Both the position numbers and the translations under genes were made by a program. Source: Octopus sinensis (taxonomy: Eukaryota). Taken from it: a DNA stretch of 64,000 nt. Location: NCBI RefSeq assembly GCF_006345805.1, contig NC_043002.1:10416001-10480000 (forward strand), read 5' to 3'. The notes beneath the pieces are model-generated. The model had not been told where the DNA came from, did not search any database, and saw nothing but the letters and a program-made list of their open reading frames with translations. This document shows positions 1-16,539 of the stretch, piece after piece (within the stretch, counting starts at the first letter, position 1; each line of letters opens with the position of its first letter).

Positions 1-1612
1 ACAGCTGGAAACACTATTAAAGACAGTTCATGGATTTACCAAAGAAATAGATATGAAATTTGGATTAGAAAAATGCGACAAAGTAACCATGAAAAGAGGA
101 AAACTAGTTAAGAGTAACAACATCACACTAGATAAAACCAATGAAATAAAAGAATTAGACCAAAGCCAAACTTACAAATACTTAGGAATCCATGAACTAG
201 ATAAGACCACAACACACACAAATGAAAGAGAAAATAAAAAAAGAATATTATAGACGAGTTAGATCAATACTAAAACAGAGCTCAATGCTAAAAACAAGAT
301 AATAGGTATCAACACTTTAGCTGTCCCAGTTATAAGTTACAGCTACAATATCCTTAACTAGACACGAAATGAACTGACCAAAATAGATAGGAAAACAAGA
401 AAAATACTGACAGGATCTAGGATGCATCACCCAAAATCTGACATAGAAAGACTATATATACAACGTATAGAAGGTGGTAGAGGCCTTATACAGCTGGAAA
501 ACTACTATAAAATAACCACCATAGGACTGCAAAAATATCTACTTCAGAAGGAAGGAAAACTGATCCAGATAGCGGCAAAACACGAGCAAAACAAAAAACT
601 GTTCTCAGTATTAAGGAAGCTGACAAATACAAACAAGAAATCATACCACCTAATATATGAAGAAGAAGAAGAAGGAGATGAAGAAACAACAAAAGCTATA
701 AAACAAATGAAATCCAAACTAAAAATAGAACAGCAACGAACCATGATAAAACGATGGCAAGAAAAGCCCCTTCATGGTAAATACTGCACTAAACTAAACG
801 CAAAAGAATAGACAAAAAAATCCCAGCAATGGCTGAGAAGCTCAGGACTCAAAGCAGAAACAGAGGGATTTTTAATTGCAGCACAAGACCAAAGCCTCCC
901 CACCAGAAATTACCAAAAACATGTAATGAAAAGAAATATTACAAGTAACTGCAGAATATGTGGAGATGGACAAGAAACAATAAATCCTATTATCTCTAGC
1001 TGCCCAGTCTTGGCTAAGAAGGAATATATTCACAGACATGACAGAGTTGGAACCTACATACATTGGAAGCTATGCCAACATTATGGAATAACAACAGAAA
1101 AAAGATGGTATAGGCACACACCAGAAAAGGTCACAGAAAACGAGAAAGCAACCATACTCTGGGATATGCCGATACACACAGATAGAGAAATTAAGGCCAA
1201 CAGACCAGATATAGTTGTCAGAGATCATGAAGAAAAATGCTTTCTAATTGATGTATCAATACCGGCAGATGACAACGTGTCTCTAAAAGAAATGGAGAAA
1301 CTCTCAAAATACAAAGACCTGGAAATAGAGGTAACTAGAATGTGGAATCTGAAAACAGAAACAATTCTATCATAGTAGGTGCATTAGGCATGATAAAAAA
1401 ATATTCAGACAAATACATAAGAAAAAACACAGGACTTACAAACACATATAACATACAGAAAATTGCCCTACTAGGCACTGCACACATCCTACGCAGAACA
1501 CTTTCCATACAGTAACCATCAGAGCATCACAACAAATCACAGCACATACCCAAGGCACATAGAGCTGTCCTCGGTAGTGAAGTGAAAGCACGTTATAAAA
1601 ATAAAGCTACTG
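1..1612 (+). mobile_element. R4/Dong-like RLE non-LTR retrotransposon, family A, 3' part (RT C-terminus, CCHC knuckle, RLE, 3' UTR), frameshifted
   Basis: ORF pieces MKFGLEKC, MHHPKSDIERLY, CRICGDGQETINPIISSC, HDRVGTYIHW, KANRPDIVV, KYKDLEIEV; 3' UTR ends ...ctactg then (AAT)n; near-identical to 5517-7131. Confidence 0.9.
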
Positions 1613-1625
1613 AATGATAATAATG

Positions 1626-1685
<60 letters not shown>

Positions 1686-1714
1686 TAATATAATAATTAA
1701 TTATTATTATTATT
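1613..1714. repeat. (AAT)n tail switching to (ATT)n
   Basis: Direct reading. Confidence 0.95.
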
Positions 1715-2267
1715 ATACCCTGATGCAGTACCAGACAGGGCTCTCATGGCTTCTGATCTTAACTGATTGGAAGTGTTATCATGTACATTGTTTTGTCTTG
1801 GTATAAAGATGGGCTACAGCAAATATTCTGCTCAATACCACAGATTTGCTTGTCAGTTGTTTGACCATAACCAGTTGAGCATGTCCCTTAGTGGCTGACG
1901 ATATGTGCATCTCTGATCACGAGCAGAAGTAGTGGGGGAGCATCATAGCCATGTTTGAGAGGGATTCTTTGGGGTTTGAATAATTCACCTCTGGAAACAT
2001 GGGTGTTTCGTTCAACTTCCTTAAACAACCCTTATTCAGGGACCTTTTAAGCGTGATGGGTTACTCAACCAGAAGAAAATTGTAAGTGTTCCCCACCTGC
2101 AAGGTCATGTGCTGTTTATCTTGATATGAGATCACCATGTTGTGCACATGTGGTTGTGATGCATGTGCCTGGTGTACCCTTATCAGACGGGTAGTCATGA
2201 TGGGTATACTGAGTTTTCATATATTTTCCCCCATGTCACTTTGATGGCATGCACTGCTCTCTCACTC
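1715..2267 (+). mobile_element. Element X: 553-bp non-coding interspersed repeat associated with (AAT)n, full-length copy
   Basis: Starts ataccctgatgcagtacc, ends gcactgctctctcactc+(AAT)n; four further copies in window. Confidence 0.8.
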
Positions 2268-2319
<52 letters not shown>

Positions 2320-2337
2320 TAATAATAATAATAATAA

Positions 2338-2482
2338 TTTTAAGTTAACTTAAAAAAAAATGAACGAACTATTGAGTTTAGTTTAATGGCCTACCAATGT
2401 ATACTATGAGTTTCTTTGCCCTAGGAGTCGGGAAGACACTCAGCAAGAAATGGAAGCAAATTTGAAAGAAGAAGAAAAAAAT
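2338..2482 (+). mobile_element. Solo 3' UTR of Dong-like family B
   Basis: Matches 9040-9182, which follows a ...HVLRRALSM* C-terminus; ends in (AAT)n. Confidence 0.8.
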
Positions 2483-2493
2483 AATAATAATAA

Positions 2494-4457
2494 TATCGCA
2501 GAGAATGAGCAAGTATCTGGAAGAAAACAACCTGTTTACTAGAAGAGCAAAGGAGATGCTGCAAGAGTTCATACTGTTGTAAAGATCAGCTGCTGATCAA
2601 TAAAGCCATAACTCAAGACAGATACAGAAAGAAGATTGGTCTAAGTATGGCCTGGATCAATTACCGAAAGGCTTTTGATATTATTTCCCACACATGGATC
2701 CTAGAAACACTAGCCAAGAACAAGGTAGTACCAATAATCATAAAATATATAAAACATTCCATGAATAAATGGCAGACAGTGCTACAGCCACAGACAAAAG
2801 TGGGACTCATAAAAACCAAACCATACCCATTAGAAGAGGAATATTCCAGGGAGACACACTCTCTCCACTCCTTTTCTGCTGGGTACTGACACCTTTATCT
2901 GACATGCTAAACAAAACTGGATGCGGATTCAACTGTTACGGTAAAACTATCAGAAACCCCTTATTTATGGATGATCTAAAATTGTGCGCTACAAACGATG
3001 AACAGCTGGAAACATTACTACAGATAGTACATGGATTTACCAAAGAAATAAAAATTTGGCTTAGAAAAATGTGCCACAGCAAACTAGAAAAGAGGAAAAC
3101 TAGTTAAGAGTAGCAACATCACCCTAGATAAAGCAAATAAAATAAGAGAATTAGACTAAAACCAGACCTACAAATACTTAGGGATCAATGAATTAGATAG
3201 GATACAACACTCACAAATGAAAGCAAAAATAAAAAGAAGAATATTAAAAACGAGTTAGATTAATACTGAAAACAGAGCACAGTGCGAAAAACAAGATAAT
3301 AGGTATCAACACTGAAGCTGTCCCAGTTATATGTTACAGCTACAATATTCTTAATTGGACACTAAATGAACTAATCATAATAAACAGGAAACCAGGAAAA
3401 ATAATGACAGGATTTAAGACGCACCACCCAAAATCTGACATAGAAAGGTTATATATACAACAAATGAAAGGTGGTAGAGGCTTTATACAGCTAGGAAATT
3501 ATTCCAAAATAACCACTATAGGACTACAAAAATATCTGCTACAGAAGCAAGGAAAACTACAAAACAGGAATAAAACAAAAGCTGTTTTCAGTCTTTAAGG
3601 AAGCTGACAAATACAAAAAAAAAAGAAGTCGTACTACCTCACAACTATGAAGAAAAGAAGAAACAACAAAAGCGGTAAAACAAATGCAATCCAAACTAAA
3701 ACTAGAACAGCAACGAATCTTGATAAAATGATGGCAAGAAAAGCCCTTTCATGGTAAATACTGGGTTAAAGGAAATAGATAAAGCAAAATCCCAACAATA
3801 ACTGAGAAGCTTAGGACTCAAATCAAAGAATGAGGGATTTTTAATTGCAGCACAAGACCAAAGCTTCCCCACCAGACATTGCCAAAAACATATAATGAAA
3901 AGGAACATAACAAGTAACTGCTGAATATGTGGAGGTGGACATGAAACAATAAATCATATTGTCTCTGGCTACTCAGTCCTGGCTAAGAAGGAATATATTC
4001 ACAGACACGACAGAGTTGGGACCTATATACACTGGAAGCTATGCCAACACTATGGAATAACAACAGAAAAAAAGATGGTATAGGCACACGCCAGAAAAGG
4101 TCACAGAAAATGAGAAAGCAGCCATACTCTTGGATATGCCAATACACACATAAATTAAGGCTAATAGGCCGGTTATAGTCAGAAATCACCAAGAAAAATG
4201 CTTTCTAATCGATGTATCAATTCCAACAGATGACAATGTTTCTCTAAATGAATCGGAGTAACTATCAAAATACAAAGACCTGGAAATAGATCTAACTGGA
4301 ATGTGGAGTCTAAAAACAGAAACAATTCCTATCATAGTAGGCACATTAGGTATGATAAAAAATATTCAGACAACTACATAACAAAAACACCAGGACTAAC
4401 AAGTATATTTAACATACAGAAAATAGCACTAATAAACACCGCACATATCCTACGTAA

Positions 4458-4458
<1 letters not shown>
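2494..4458 (+). pseudogene. Older, decayed 5'-truncated Dong-like LINE related to family A (RT to RLE)
   Basis: MAWINYRKAFD, RRGIFQGDTLSPLLF, LFMDDLKL, HHPKSDIERLY; many stops and frameshifts; ends in (AAT)n. Confidence 0.85.
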
Positions 4459-7237
<2,779 letters not shown>

Positions 7238-7239
7238 TA

Positions 7240-7415
7240 ACATATAACATATAACATACAGAAAATTGCACTACTAGGCACTGCACACATCCTACGCAGA
7301 ACACTTTCCATACAATAACCATCAGAGCATCACAACAAATCACAGCACATACCCAAGGCACACAGAGCTGCGTTCGGTAGTGAAGTGAAAGCACGCTATA
7401 AATACAAAACTACTG
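7240..7415 (+). mobile_element. Very short 5'-truncated family A 3' end within the tail of the preceding copy
   Basis: Repeats about 6960-7131; (AAT)n on both sides. Confidence 0.85.
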
Positions 7416-7432
7416 AATAATAATAATAATAA

Positions 7433-7877
7433 TGTCTTGGTATAAAAGATGGGCCACAGCAAATATTCTGCTCAATACCACAGATTTGCTTGTCAGTTGT
7501 TTGACCGTAACCAGTTGAGCATGTCCCTTAGTGGCTGACGATATGTGCATCTCTGATAACGAGCAAAAGTAGTGGGGGAGCATCATAGCCGTGTGTTGAA
7601 AGAAATTCTTAGAGGTTTGGATAATTCACCTCTGGAAACATGGGTGTTTCATTCAACATCCTTAAACAACCCTTAATCAGGGTCCTTTTGAGTGGGATGG
7701 GCTACAAAATTCTAACTGGGCCCCCACCTGCAAGGTCATGCGCTGTTTATCTTGATATGAGATCACCATGTCACGCACATATGGTTGTGATGCATGTGTC
7801 CGCTGTACCCTTATCAGACTGGGCTTCGTTTATTTTACCCAAGTGTCACTTTGATGGCATGCACTGCTCTCTCACTC
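7433..7877 (+). mobile_element. Element X, left-truncated copy
   Basis: Homologous to about 1787-2267, same right end ctctcactc(AAT)n. Confidence 0.8.
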
Positions 7878-7937
<60 letters not shown>

Positions 7938-7940
7938 TAA

Positions 7941-8795
7941 TAGCCAAGACGAAGAGCGCGATTCGATTGTAAGATATTTTATTAGTTGAACGATATTTCA
8001 ACAGTACGTTTGTCTTTGTGAAATTCAAAATAAAAAGTGATAAAAATTCAAAATTGCAGGAAGTTAAACGTAAAGTATGAACGAGAGCAACCAGCGTCCA
8101 CACGTTGATGGAATAACATCATCAGTTTTTAAGTTACAATTTTATAACAGGCAAAAAGAAAAAGACAGAAAAAAATAGAAAAAAGAAAACGACAGAAAAA
8201 GGAAAGAAAAGAGAGAAAGAAGAATATTTAATCAAGCAGTTTTGTATAAATTTTATGATATTCTCCTGTCATCTTAATCATTCCTCCAGAGCGTGATGTT
8301 AATAACCTGAAAACATATTTCTTCTCATACATTCTGAGAAGTGAAAGTGAAGCAGATTCAGAATATTTTCTGAGAATATGCACTTTCAAGTCTTCTTCAA
8401 AATTGCAGCCACTTGAAACGAAATGTTAAGCAAGTTCTGTCGAACCACTGTTCTTGTGTCTGACGTCGAATTTGTGCCCATTAAACCTTTTGCTTAATTG
8501 TTCTGTTGTGCAACCAACATAAATTAAGTTGTGTTTCATGCATTCTGCAGCATAGACCAAATGGGAATCTTTACATATTCTACCTTCTGAATAAATCATA
8601 GCATTTCTGTTATGATTTCTCATGGAATTCACTTCACTCATGTTGTTGCACAATGAATAGGGCTTACCTCTCTTGCGGCTGTTCTTTAAGGTACAACGTG
8701 TCGATACTCCAATGTTCATTTTCTTGGAGTCAGTTGGTAGTGAAAAGCTGACAATGTAGTACATCTCCATCGTTAGAAGCTGTGCAAAGACATTA
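7941..8795 (-). mobile_element. Penelope-like element 3' fragment: GIY-YIG remnant plus terminal repeat
   Basis: CKDSHLVYAAECMKHNLIYVGCTTEQLSKRFNGHKFD resembles the PLE GIY-YIG domain; terminus homologous to 31665-31862 and 32545-32640. Confidence 0.75.
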
Positions 8796-8812
8796 AAATA
8801 ATAATAATAATG

Positions 8813-8885
<73 letters not shown>

Positions 8886-8892
8886 TAATAAT

Positions 8893-9182
8893 ATGATCAA
8901 GAAGGGAACCGAAAATTATATGAGAATGATCCCTGGTTTACCATCCCTGCAAGAAGTGCAAAAGATTGTCTTAACTGGTACATCACACGTATTGAGAAGA
9001 GCATTGTCGATGTGAGAACTGTTGCTGCTCATGTATTTTAATTTAACTTAAAAAAAAAAAAAATGAACGAACTATTGAGTTTGGTTTAATGACCTACCAA
9101 TGTATACTATGAGTTTCTTTGCCCTAGGAGTCGGGAAGACACTCGGCAAGAAATGGAAGCAAATTTGAAACAAGAAAAAAAA
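8893..9182 (+). mobile_element. Dong-like family B extreme 3' end
   Basis: MIKKGTENYMRMIPGLPSLQEVQKIVLTGTSHVLRRALSM* then 3' UTR; (AAT)n both sides. Confidence 0.85.
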
Positions 9183-9183
9183 A

Positions 9184-9226
<43 letters not shown>

Positions 9227-9254
9227 TAATTATGATGATCATGATAGGAGAGAG

Positions 9255-9420
9255 GAAATATACATAAAACCCAGTTTAGTAGAGCTCCAGTGTTATTAGA
9301 GACAGCTAGGACACTTGGGAGGATTTTGTGGGTCTAAGTTTACCTGTTGTAGCTCTTTGTTAGGAATTTTTTCTTTTCCAACAGTCTAATCTGTTATGTG
9401 TATATGAAAATGATAATAAT
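9255..9420 (+). mobile_element. Dong-like family C 3' end
   Basis: Homologous to 16340-16505. Confidence 0.7.
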
Positions 9421-9429
9421 AAAGCTTAA

Positions 9430-10145
9430 TAATTAAAAAAAGACAGTCGACCACCTAATCTCTGGGTGTAAGTTTTTAACACCTGGAAAAGTCAAGGCAT
9501 AAAAGGATTGGCCAACCACTGACACATGGTATATACAGCACCCTGAGATTGTAACTGGGGGAGAAAATGTAACGATTCTTTGGGGCTTTCCAGCAGGTAT
9601 AAACCGGACCATGAAAGCAAATAAACCATATATTGTTGTGAAACACAAAGAAAATAAAATTTATTCATTGATTGTCATAAGCATACCTTGTGACCATAAT
9701 ATATTGGCAAAAGAATTTGATAAGCTGAGAAAATATAAAGATATGATAATTGAGATCGAACAGGTGTGTCATCTCAAGAAGATTTAAATACCAATGATTG
9801 TTGGAGTACTTGGAATGATCGAAGAACTGAAAATAATTTAAGAATTATTCAGCATTCATGCAGGAAGTGCAAAAGATTGTCTTAACGGGTAGGTCACACG
9901 TACAGAGAAGAGTATTGTGGCTATGAATTTTCTTTCCTTTTTTCTTTTTTATTTTCTTTGTTTACTTTTAGTCTTATTCTTTTCTTTTTTTTTCTCTGTC
10001 TTTGTTCCTCTCTTTCTCTATCACATGACTTTATATTTGAGCAATCAGGTGTGTTTATTTCAATAGCCTACCAATGCATACAGAGAGTTTCTCTACTCTA
10101 GGTGTCAAGAAGACACTCGGCAAGAAATGGAAGCAAATGAAAGAT
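9430..10145 (+). pseudogene. Decayed Dong-like family B-related RLE region and 3' UTR
   Basis: KANKPYIVVK, EFDKLRKYKD, MIVGVLG remnants; 3' UTR similar to 9040-9182. Confidence 0.7.
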
Positions 10146-10234
10146 GATAATGAGGATGGTGTTAGTGATGATGATGATGATGATGATGATGATAACAATG
10201 ATATCAATAACGATATTATTTTCTATGATAGGCT

Positions 10235-10420
10235 AGACGCGTGAAATCTAGGGTAAGCGGAGTAGTCGATTACATCGCCCCGTTCCCCCCAGTGCTTTAC
10301 TGGTACTTGATTTATCCATCACAAAAGAATGAAGGCAAAGTTGACTTCGGTGGAATTTGAACTCAGAACGTAACGACTAACGAAACACCACTAAGCCTTT
10401 TGTCCGACTTGGGATACAAC
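10235..10420 (-). mobile_element. SINE group 1, decayed
   Basis: Reverse complement of ttctgagttcaaatt...ctttgccttcat...aagtaccag core. Confidence 0.7.
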
Positions 10421-10424
10421 GATT

Positions 10425-10860
10425 CAGCGTGACCATCAGTTTAGAGATCGGAAATGTGACATTACTGTGATGAACAGTTAAAATGAAATATGCCTGATAA
10501 TCGACATAGCATGTTCTGATGACAAAGGGATTAAACAGAAAGAGGGAGAAAAAGTGAACAATTATGATAAATTGAACTGGGAAATATGCAAATTGAGGGC
10601 AATAAGGAGAGCGGACGTGATGCGAATAATGATCGGCGCGTTTGCAAAGATCAGCGCTCAAATACCAACCCGGCTCAAAAAGATTGGTACAAATGTAAAG
10701 ATAGAACACCTAGAAGAATCAGCATTGCTTGTAACTGCAAGAGTTCTCCTCAGGGTTCTTGAAGGATGATCAGTAAACAAGTATCCGCTTTGTCACCTGT
10801 CTGTACGCAGCGGATACTATCCATCATAACCGACATAATAAACTGAGAGTTTTCATCACC
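10425..10860 (+). pseudogene. Dong-like family D 3' end
   Basis: MIGAFAKI...HLEESALLVTARVLLRVLEG*; homologous to 11190-11785. Confidence 0.7.
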
Positions 10861-10914
10861 ATATCATTATTATTATTATTATTATCATTATTATTATTAT
10901 GACCCACTGCGATG

Positions 10915-11075
10915 TGGACTTTCAACACACGCCTATGATGCCCCCACCCACTACTTCTGCTCATGCTCAGAGACGCACGTATCGTCATCCACCAAGGGAC
11001 ATGCCCAGCTGGTTATGGTCAAACAACTGACAAGCAAATCTGTGGTATTGAGCAGAAAATTTAATGTAGCCCACC

Positions 11076-11079
<4 letters not shown>
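10915..11079 (-). mobile_element. Element X, internal fragment
   Basis: Reverse complement of about 1810-1960; flanked by (ATT)n. Confidence 0.75.
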
Positions 11080-11156
<77 letters not shown>

Positions 11157-11189
11157 ATAATAATATTATTATTGTTGTTGTTGTTATAT

Positions 11190-11785
11190 GAAAACTCACA
11201 TCTTATTTTGCTGTGTATAATGGAAAGTGTCATCTGTTCACAGCCAGCAGACTATGATAACACTTGATTACTGGTCATGCTTCAAGAACCCTGCGAATAA
11301 TTCTTACAGTTCGAACCAATGGTGATTTTTGTAGGTGTTCGACATTCACACTTGCACCCATCTTTTTTCAGCGATGTTGGTAGTTGAGTGCTGATACTTC
11401 CAAGTGCACCAATTACTATTCGTACCACGTCTACTCTCCTCATTGACCACAACCTTCGTATTTCCCACTTCAGATCATCATAGTTATTTTATAATATTTT
11501 TCATTTTCTTTCACACTGATTCTGTTGTCACCGGGGCAAGCTATGTCGATTATCATATATGTAGTCTCTCTTTTATTGACCACCACAATGTCCGGTTTCG
11601 GACGTCTGGTCAACTGATTGCACTGGATCATTGCATCTCAGAGGATTTTGCCATTCTCATTCTCGGTTATTTCTTCAGGAGTTTTCTCATACCACGTCTT
11701 TGCTCTTTGTAGGCCGTGATTTCCACCGAGCTCCCAATAGATAATTTTCCCATATTGTTATTGCGCTTTTTGTATTCGCGTTGTG
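11190..11785 (-). pseudogene. Dong-like family D 3' fragment
   Basis: Minus strand KKRNNNMGKLSIG, DRRPDIVV, KMGAS remnants. Confidence 0.7.
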
Positions 11786-12270
11786 CTAATTATTATTATT
11801 ATTATTACTTTTAATCTGAATGTCTGTTACAGTCACTTACCGAGACACACCCAGCCTCCTGGGGCGAGTGAAGGATAAGAGATGTTATAGTATGACTGAA
11901 AGCTTGGGCACTTATCAAGGCCAAAGTCCATCTCAATGTCATTACTGAAGCAGCCTTACTAGCTTTTCTTCATTTCTCGTAAAGAGCTTCAGATCGTCCA
12001 TATAAAACTGATGGTTTATTGTCGTATTGTAAATTTTGAATCCATACCTGGTGTTACTTCGTTCGTTTGAGGGTTAGTTTGGGATCAGTGCCATGCAAGG
12101 AGTAATGGGGAGAGAGAGTGGAAGAATAGACATCTGTTCAAGGAAAGCGTGTATTCTGTCAGTTAATAGAGATGTGAGGATCTTGTAGGTGCTGTTGAGA
12201 CATGTTACTGGTCAGTAGTTCTTTGGATTTTCTGCGACTTCAGTTTCTGGTAGAAGGAATGTTGTTCCTT

Positions 12271-12686
12271 TGGCGAGCTGACAGGATCGTTAGCACGCCG
12301 GGCGAAATGCTTAGCAGTATTTCGTCTGCCGCTACGTTCTGAGTTCAAATTCCGCCGAGGTCGACTTTGCCTTTCATCCTTTCGGGGTCGATTAAATAAG
12401 TACCAGTTACGCACTGGGGTCGATATAATCGACTTAATCCGTTTGTCTGTCCTTGTTTGTCCTCTCTGTGTTTAGCCCCTTGTGGGCAGTAAAGAAATAG
12501 GTATTTTGTCTGCTGCTACGTTCTGAGTTCAAATTCCGCCGAGGTCGACTTTGCCTTTCATCCATTCGGGGTCGATTAAATAAGTACTAGTTACGCACTG
12601 GGGTCGATATAATCGACTTAATCCGTTTGTCTGTCCTTGTTTGTCCTCTCTGTGTTTAGCCCCTTGTAGGTAGTAAAGAAAGAGGT
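12271..12686 (+). mobile_element. SINE group 1 with tandemly duplicated body, one TSD pair
   Basis: 12-bp TSD atgttgttcctt at 12259-12270 and 12687-12698. Confidence 0.9.
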
Positions 12687-12915
12687 ATGTTGTTCCTTCG
12701 GGGAGTCAGGCAGCTATTTGCTCTGGGTTCAGTCAGAGATGAAGCGAGATTTTGGTGTACTTCTGTCAGACAGTTTAACCAGATGTTAGGAATTCGGTCT
12801 AGGCCTGGGGTTTTCCTAAGAACACATCTTAGCTCCTCTGTTTCTGTTGCCTCCCATTCCGCTCAACTTCACCCAAGTCTCACTTTCTCACGCTCCATCC
12901 AGTGAGCTTCAACTT

Positions 12916-13159
12916 TATACTCTTTCTGTTACTCTTTTACTCTTTTACTTGTTTCAGTCATTTGCCTGCGGCCATGCTGGAGCACCGCCTTTAGTCGAGC
13001 AAATCGACCCCGGGACTTATTCTTTGTAAGCCCAGTACTTATTCTATCGGCCCTCTTTTGCCGAACCGCTAAGTGACGGGGGCGTAAACACACCAGCATC
13101 GGTTGTCAAGCAACGCTAGGGAGACAAATATAGACACACACACACATACACACACACAT

Positions 13160-13230
<71 letters not shown>

Positions 13231-13396
13231 TACGGCAGGCTTCTTTCAGTTTCCGTCTAACAAATCCACTCACAAGGCATTGGTTGGCCCGGGGCTATAG
13301 CAGAAGACACTTGCCCAAGGTGCCACGCAGTGGGAGTGAACCCGGAACCATGTGGCTGGTTAGCAAGCTACTTACCACACAGCCACTCCTGCGCCT
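12916..13396 (-). mobile_element. SINE group 3 (tRNA-like head, CORE-like segment, internal microsatellite, (gagtaaaa)n tail; probably octopus OK-type)
   Basis: Minus strand aggcgcaggagtggctgtgtggtaagtagc...gggttcactccc...gcaccttgggcaagtg; many copies in window. Confidence 0.85.
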
Positions 13397-13821
13397 GTTG
13401 CTCCATATATTCTTCCAGAACTCTTCCATTTCCTCAATCTTAGGTGGTTCCTTTCTTACTTTTGCCAATTTCCCTATTACATTTATCTGCATCCATTTCG
13501 AATATCTTGTTTTGTCGATAAAATATGAATCTTTTGTCATACTTCCTAAGCTGTCGGGCATTCTTTTCTATTCGTTGTTTTAATTATTCCTTGGTTGCAG
13601 GGAGGTTTATAAAATCTTTGATATTATATTTTTGCTTGATTTTTCTACCTCGTTTTGCCTTAACATTTACTCCTCTAGCAAAGAAATTTGAAATACAGGA
13701 AATTGTAAATTATCCAGTCTTTGAGAGTTATTTTTCAGTTGTCCTGCTGGGTTGTATAGGTGTCGTTGTATCTTCGGCTGCTGACTGGTCAGAAGAGTGA
13801 AGAAGAACATGTCCAGCGATA

Positions 13822-13860
<39 letters not shown>

Positions 13861-13890
13861 GTGATTATGATGATGACAATGATTGATGAT

Positions 13891-13954
<64 letters not shown>

Positions 13955-13959
13955 TAATA

Positions 13960-16505
13960 AAAGAAAACGGTATGAATGAAAGCGATACTCTCCCAAAAAT
14001 TCGAAATTCTAACTAAAACCTGAAAGTAATTGGTAAAATCCGTCTTGCACTTTAGGATATAATTTCAGCCAATGATGTTGATATTATAGATCTCAACCGC
14101 CTGTACTATGCGTCCGCGAAAATCTCAGCGGTTCTATGTGGTGAAAATATTAGAAAACGACAACATTCCCACAAAAAGCCTACTTGGCAAGAGCGTATAG
14201 AACACTGAATTCAGCTACTTAGATCTAGCATAGAATGTTTAAAACAACCTTAAGTTTCACAAGACTATCAAACCAACAAAACATTCTAAAGTTAAAGAAA
14301 AAATGTCTGAAAACCATTCTTGACATCGATAGCTTCGTAGAAACTACCAAGCAAAACGTATGTGACAAAACTGCCCGCATAGCAAGGTATGAAAAGCGCG
14401 TTAGATTCTTCAAGGACAACATGATGTTCAAAAATAACTTTTAAATTTTTTACAGGAAGATAGGGAAAATGTCAGTTACAGTAAGGTCTGTCCCATTAAA
14501 AGAAGAAACACAGGAATTTTGGAGTAAAATTTGGCAGAAGGAAAAAACACACAACGCATTGGCTCCTTGGATTGATAGAATATCTACAGACTTAGACTCC
14601 TAAGAAGAGCAAAACCAAAAACAAATGAACCAAAATATTATAGACCCATAACCTTCTTAACAACAAGGCATAAAATACTAACATATGTCTTGATTGAATA
14701 CTCCTATAGTTTTTCAATAGAAAGTGGCATATTACCAAATGAGCAAAATTGATGTAAACGTGGGACTTATGGTTGAAATGATCAGCTACTAATCAATAAT
14801 ATGATCATGGAAGATTGTCACAAGTAACACAAAAACTTGTCGATAACCTGGATAGATTATAAAAAAGCTTTTGATAGTCTACCACATAGCTGGATTAAGA
14901 AATGTCTGGAAATGTATAAAACAGCTGCTACTCTGCGAAACATCTTGTACGTAAGTATGAGATCATGGAGAACCACACTAACTTTGAACAGTGACAATGA
15001 ATCTCTAAATGCTGGAGATGTAAGAATTTGATGTGGTATTTTCCAAGGTGACTCTCTATCATAACTCCTCTTTTGTCTAGCCTTAATGCCTCTTTCGAAA
15101 TTGCTCGATGATGTACAATACGGCTTCAAAATGTTTGATAAAAATATAAATAATTTCATTTACATGGATGATTAAAGCTCTTTGCAAAAAATGACCAACA
15201 ACTACAGAGCTTACTAGCGATTCTTAAACAATTCAGTGATGTCTGTAGAAATGAAAACGAAAATTGAGAATGAGTACATCAGAAGGATGGGGAAGCTAAT
15301 TAAATCAGAGCTAAATGGTCCGAACCTAGAGAAGGCTGTAAAAACTTGGGCAATATCATTAGTTAGATACTCAGCAGCTTTTATAGACTGGACAAAAACT
15401 GAATCAGCAAAGCTAAACAAAAGAACTAGAAAGGAATTCAATATGAATGGAGGCATCCACCTAAGAGCAGGAGTAACAAGATTATACTTACCTAAAAAGG
15501 AAGGTGGAAGAAGCTTAATATCAGTAGAAGACTGCGTGGAGTTAGCTTGCATAGACATAGACTCATGTGTAAATAATACTGAAGAAAGTTCATTAAAAGC
15601 TGCTAGAGTCACAGCAAGACAAGAAACCAAAAACAAACCAAACGAAATTATTTAAAAAGCTATCTAAGTAGCAGGAGACGGCGTTGCATGGTAGATTCTC
15701 AAAGATAGTTTCAGTAAATGGTAGTAGTGAGACACGGTTATAGTTGCAGAAAGGACGGCAAAAAAGGGAGCCAGAAAGTTTGTTACTAGCCCCTCAAGAT
15801 CAAGCATTAAGGACTAATTGGATAAAAGCCAAGATAGACAAAAACCAAATAGATTCACATTGTAGGTTACGTAAATCAAAAGAGTTAATTGTTACTCATA
15901 TAGTAAGTGAATGTAGCATGCTAGCACAGAAAGAATACAAGAAAAGACATGATAATCTAGGAAGAGTAATCAATTGGGAGTTAGGTAGAAAGCTAGGAGT
16001 TGAACATATTGATAAATGGTATGAAGTTGAACCTAGTAAAGTACTAGAAAGTAAGAAATATAAGATGCTGTGCGACTCTAATATTCAGACTGACAAAGTA
16101 ATAGAAATTAGGCCTGATTTATTAGTAGCAGATAAAGAGAATAGAAAATGCCTGATAATTGACTTTACTATCTCAAATGGTGAAAAAATCAATATATGAG
16201 ATATATAAAAAAAAAAGCAAAGGACCAGAACATGAATTACAGAGACTATGGAATGTGCGGATAAAATGTATCCCAGTAGTTAAAGATGCATTGGGAACTT
16301 TCCCTAAAGATTTGAGCTGATGGGTAGAGGAAATAGGCATAAAATCCAGTTTAGCACAGCTCCAGAAAACAGTGTTATTAGAGACAGCTAGGATGCAAAA
16401 ATAGGGTTTTGGCATCTAAGATTTACTTGTCGCCCGATGTTAGGACTTTTTCTTTTCCAACAATCTAATAATCGGTTGGCCGTATATGAAAATGATAATA
16501 AAAAT
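13960..16505 (+). pseudogene. Decayed Dong-like family C copy, N-terminal region to 3' UTR
   Basis: WIDYKKAFDSLPHSWI, GIFQGDSLS, YMDD, GVTRLYLPKKEGGR, DQALRTN, HIVSECSMLAQKEYKKRHD, RPDLLV. Confidence 0.85.
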
Positions 16506-16539
16506 AATATTCTACCATAGGTAGAATGCCTAAAATTGG

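Larger units (their letters stand above)
11805..13830 (-). pseudogene. Decayed Dong-like copy (family E 3' UTR) interrupted by two SINE insertions, internally deleted
   Basis: EPPKIEEMEEFWKNIWS, KTPGLDRIPNIWL, NDIEMDFGLDKC fused directly to a 3' UTR shared with 36015-36130. Confidence 0.7.

Noticed and set aside
1925-1945. gtagtggggga similarity of element X to the U1 snRNA 3' end
   Set aside because: Only about 11 nt, with no other U1 features; compatible with chance
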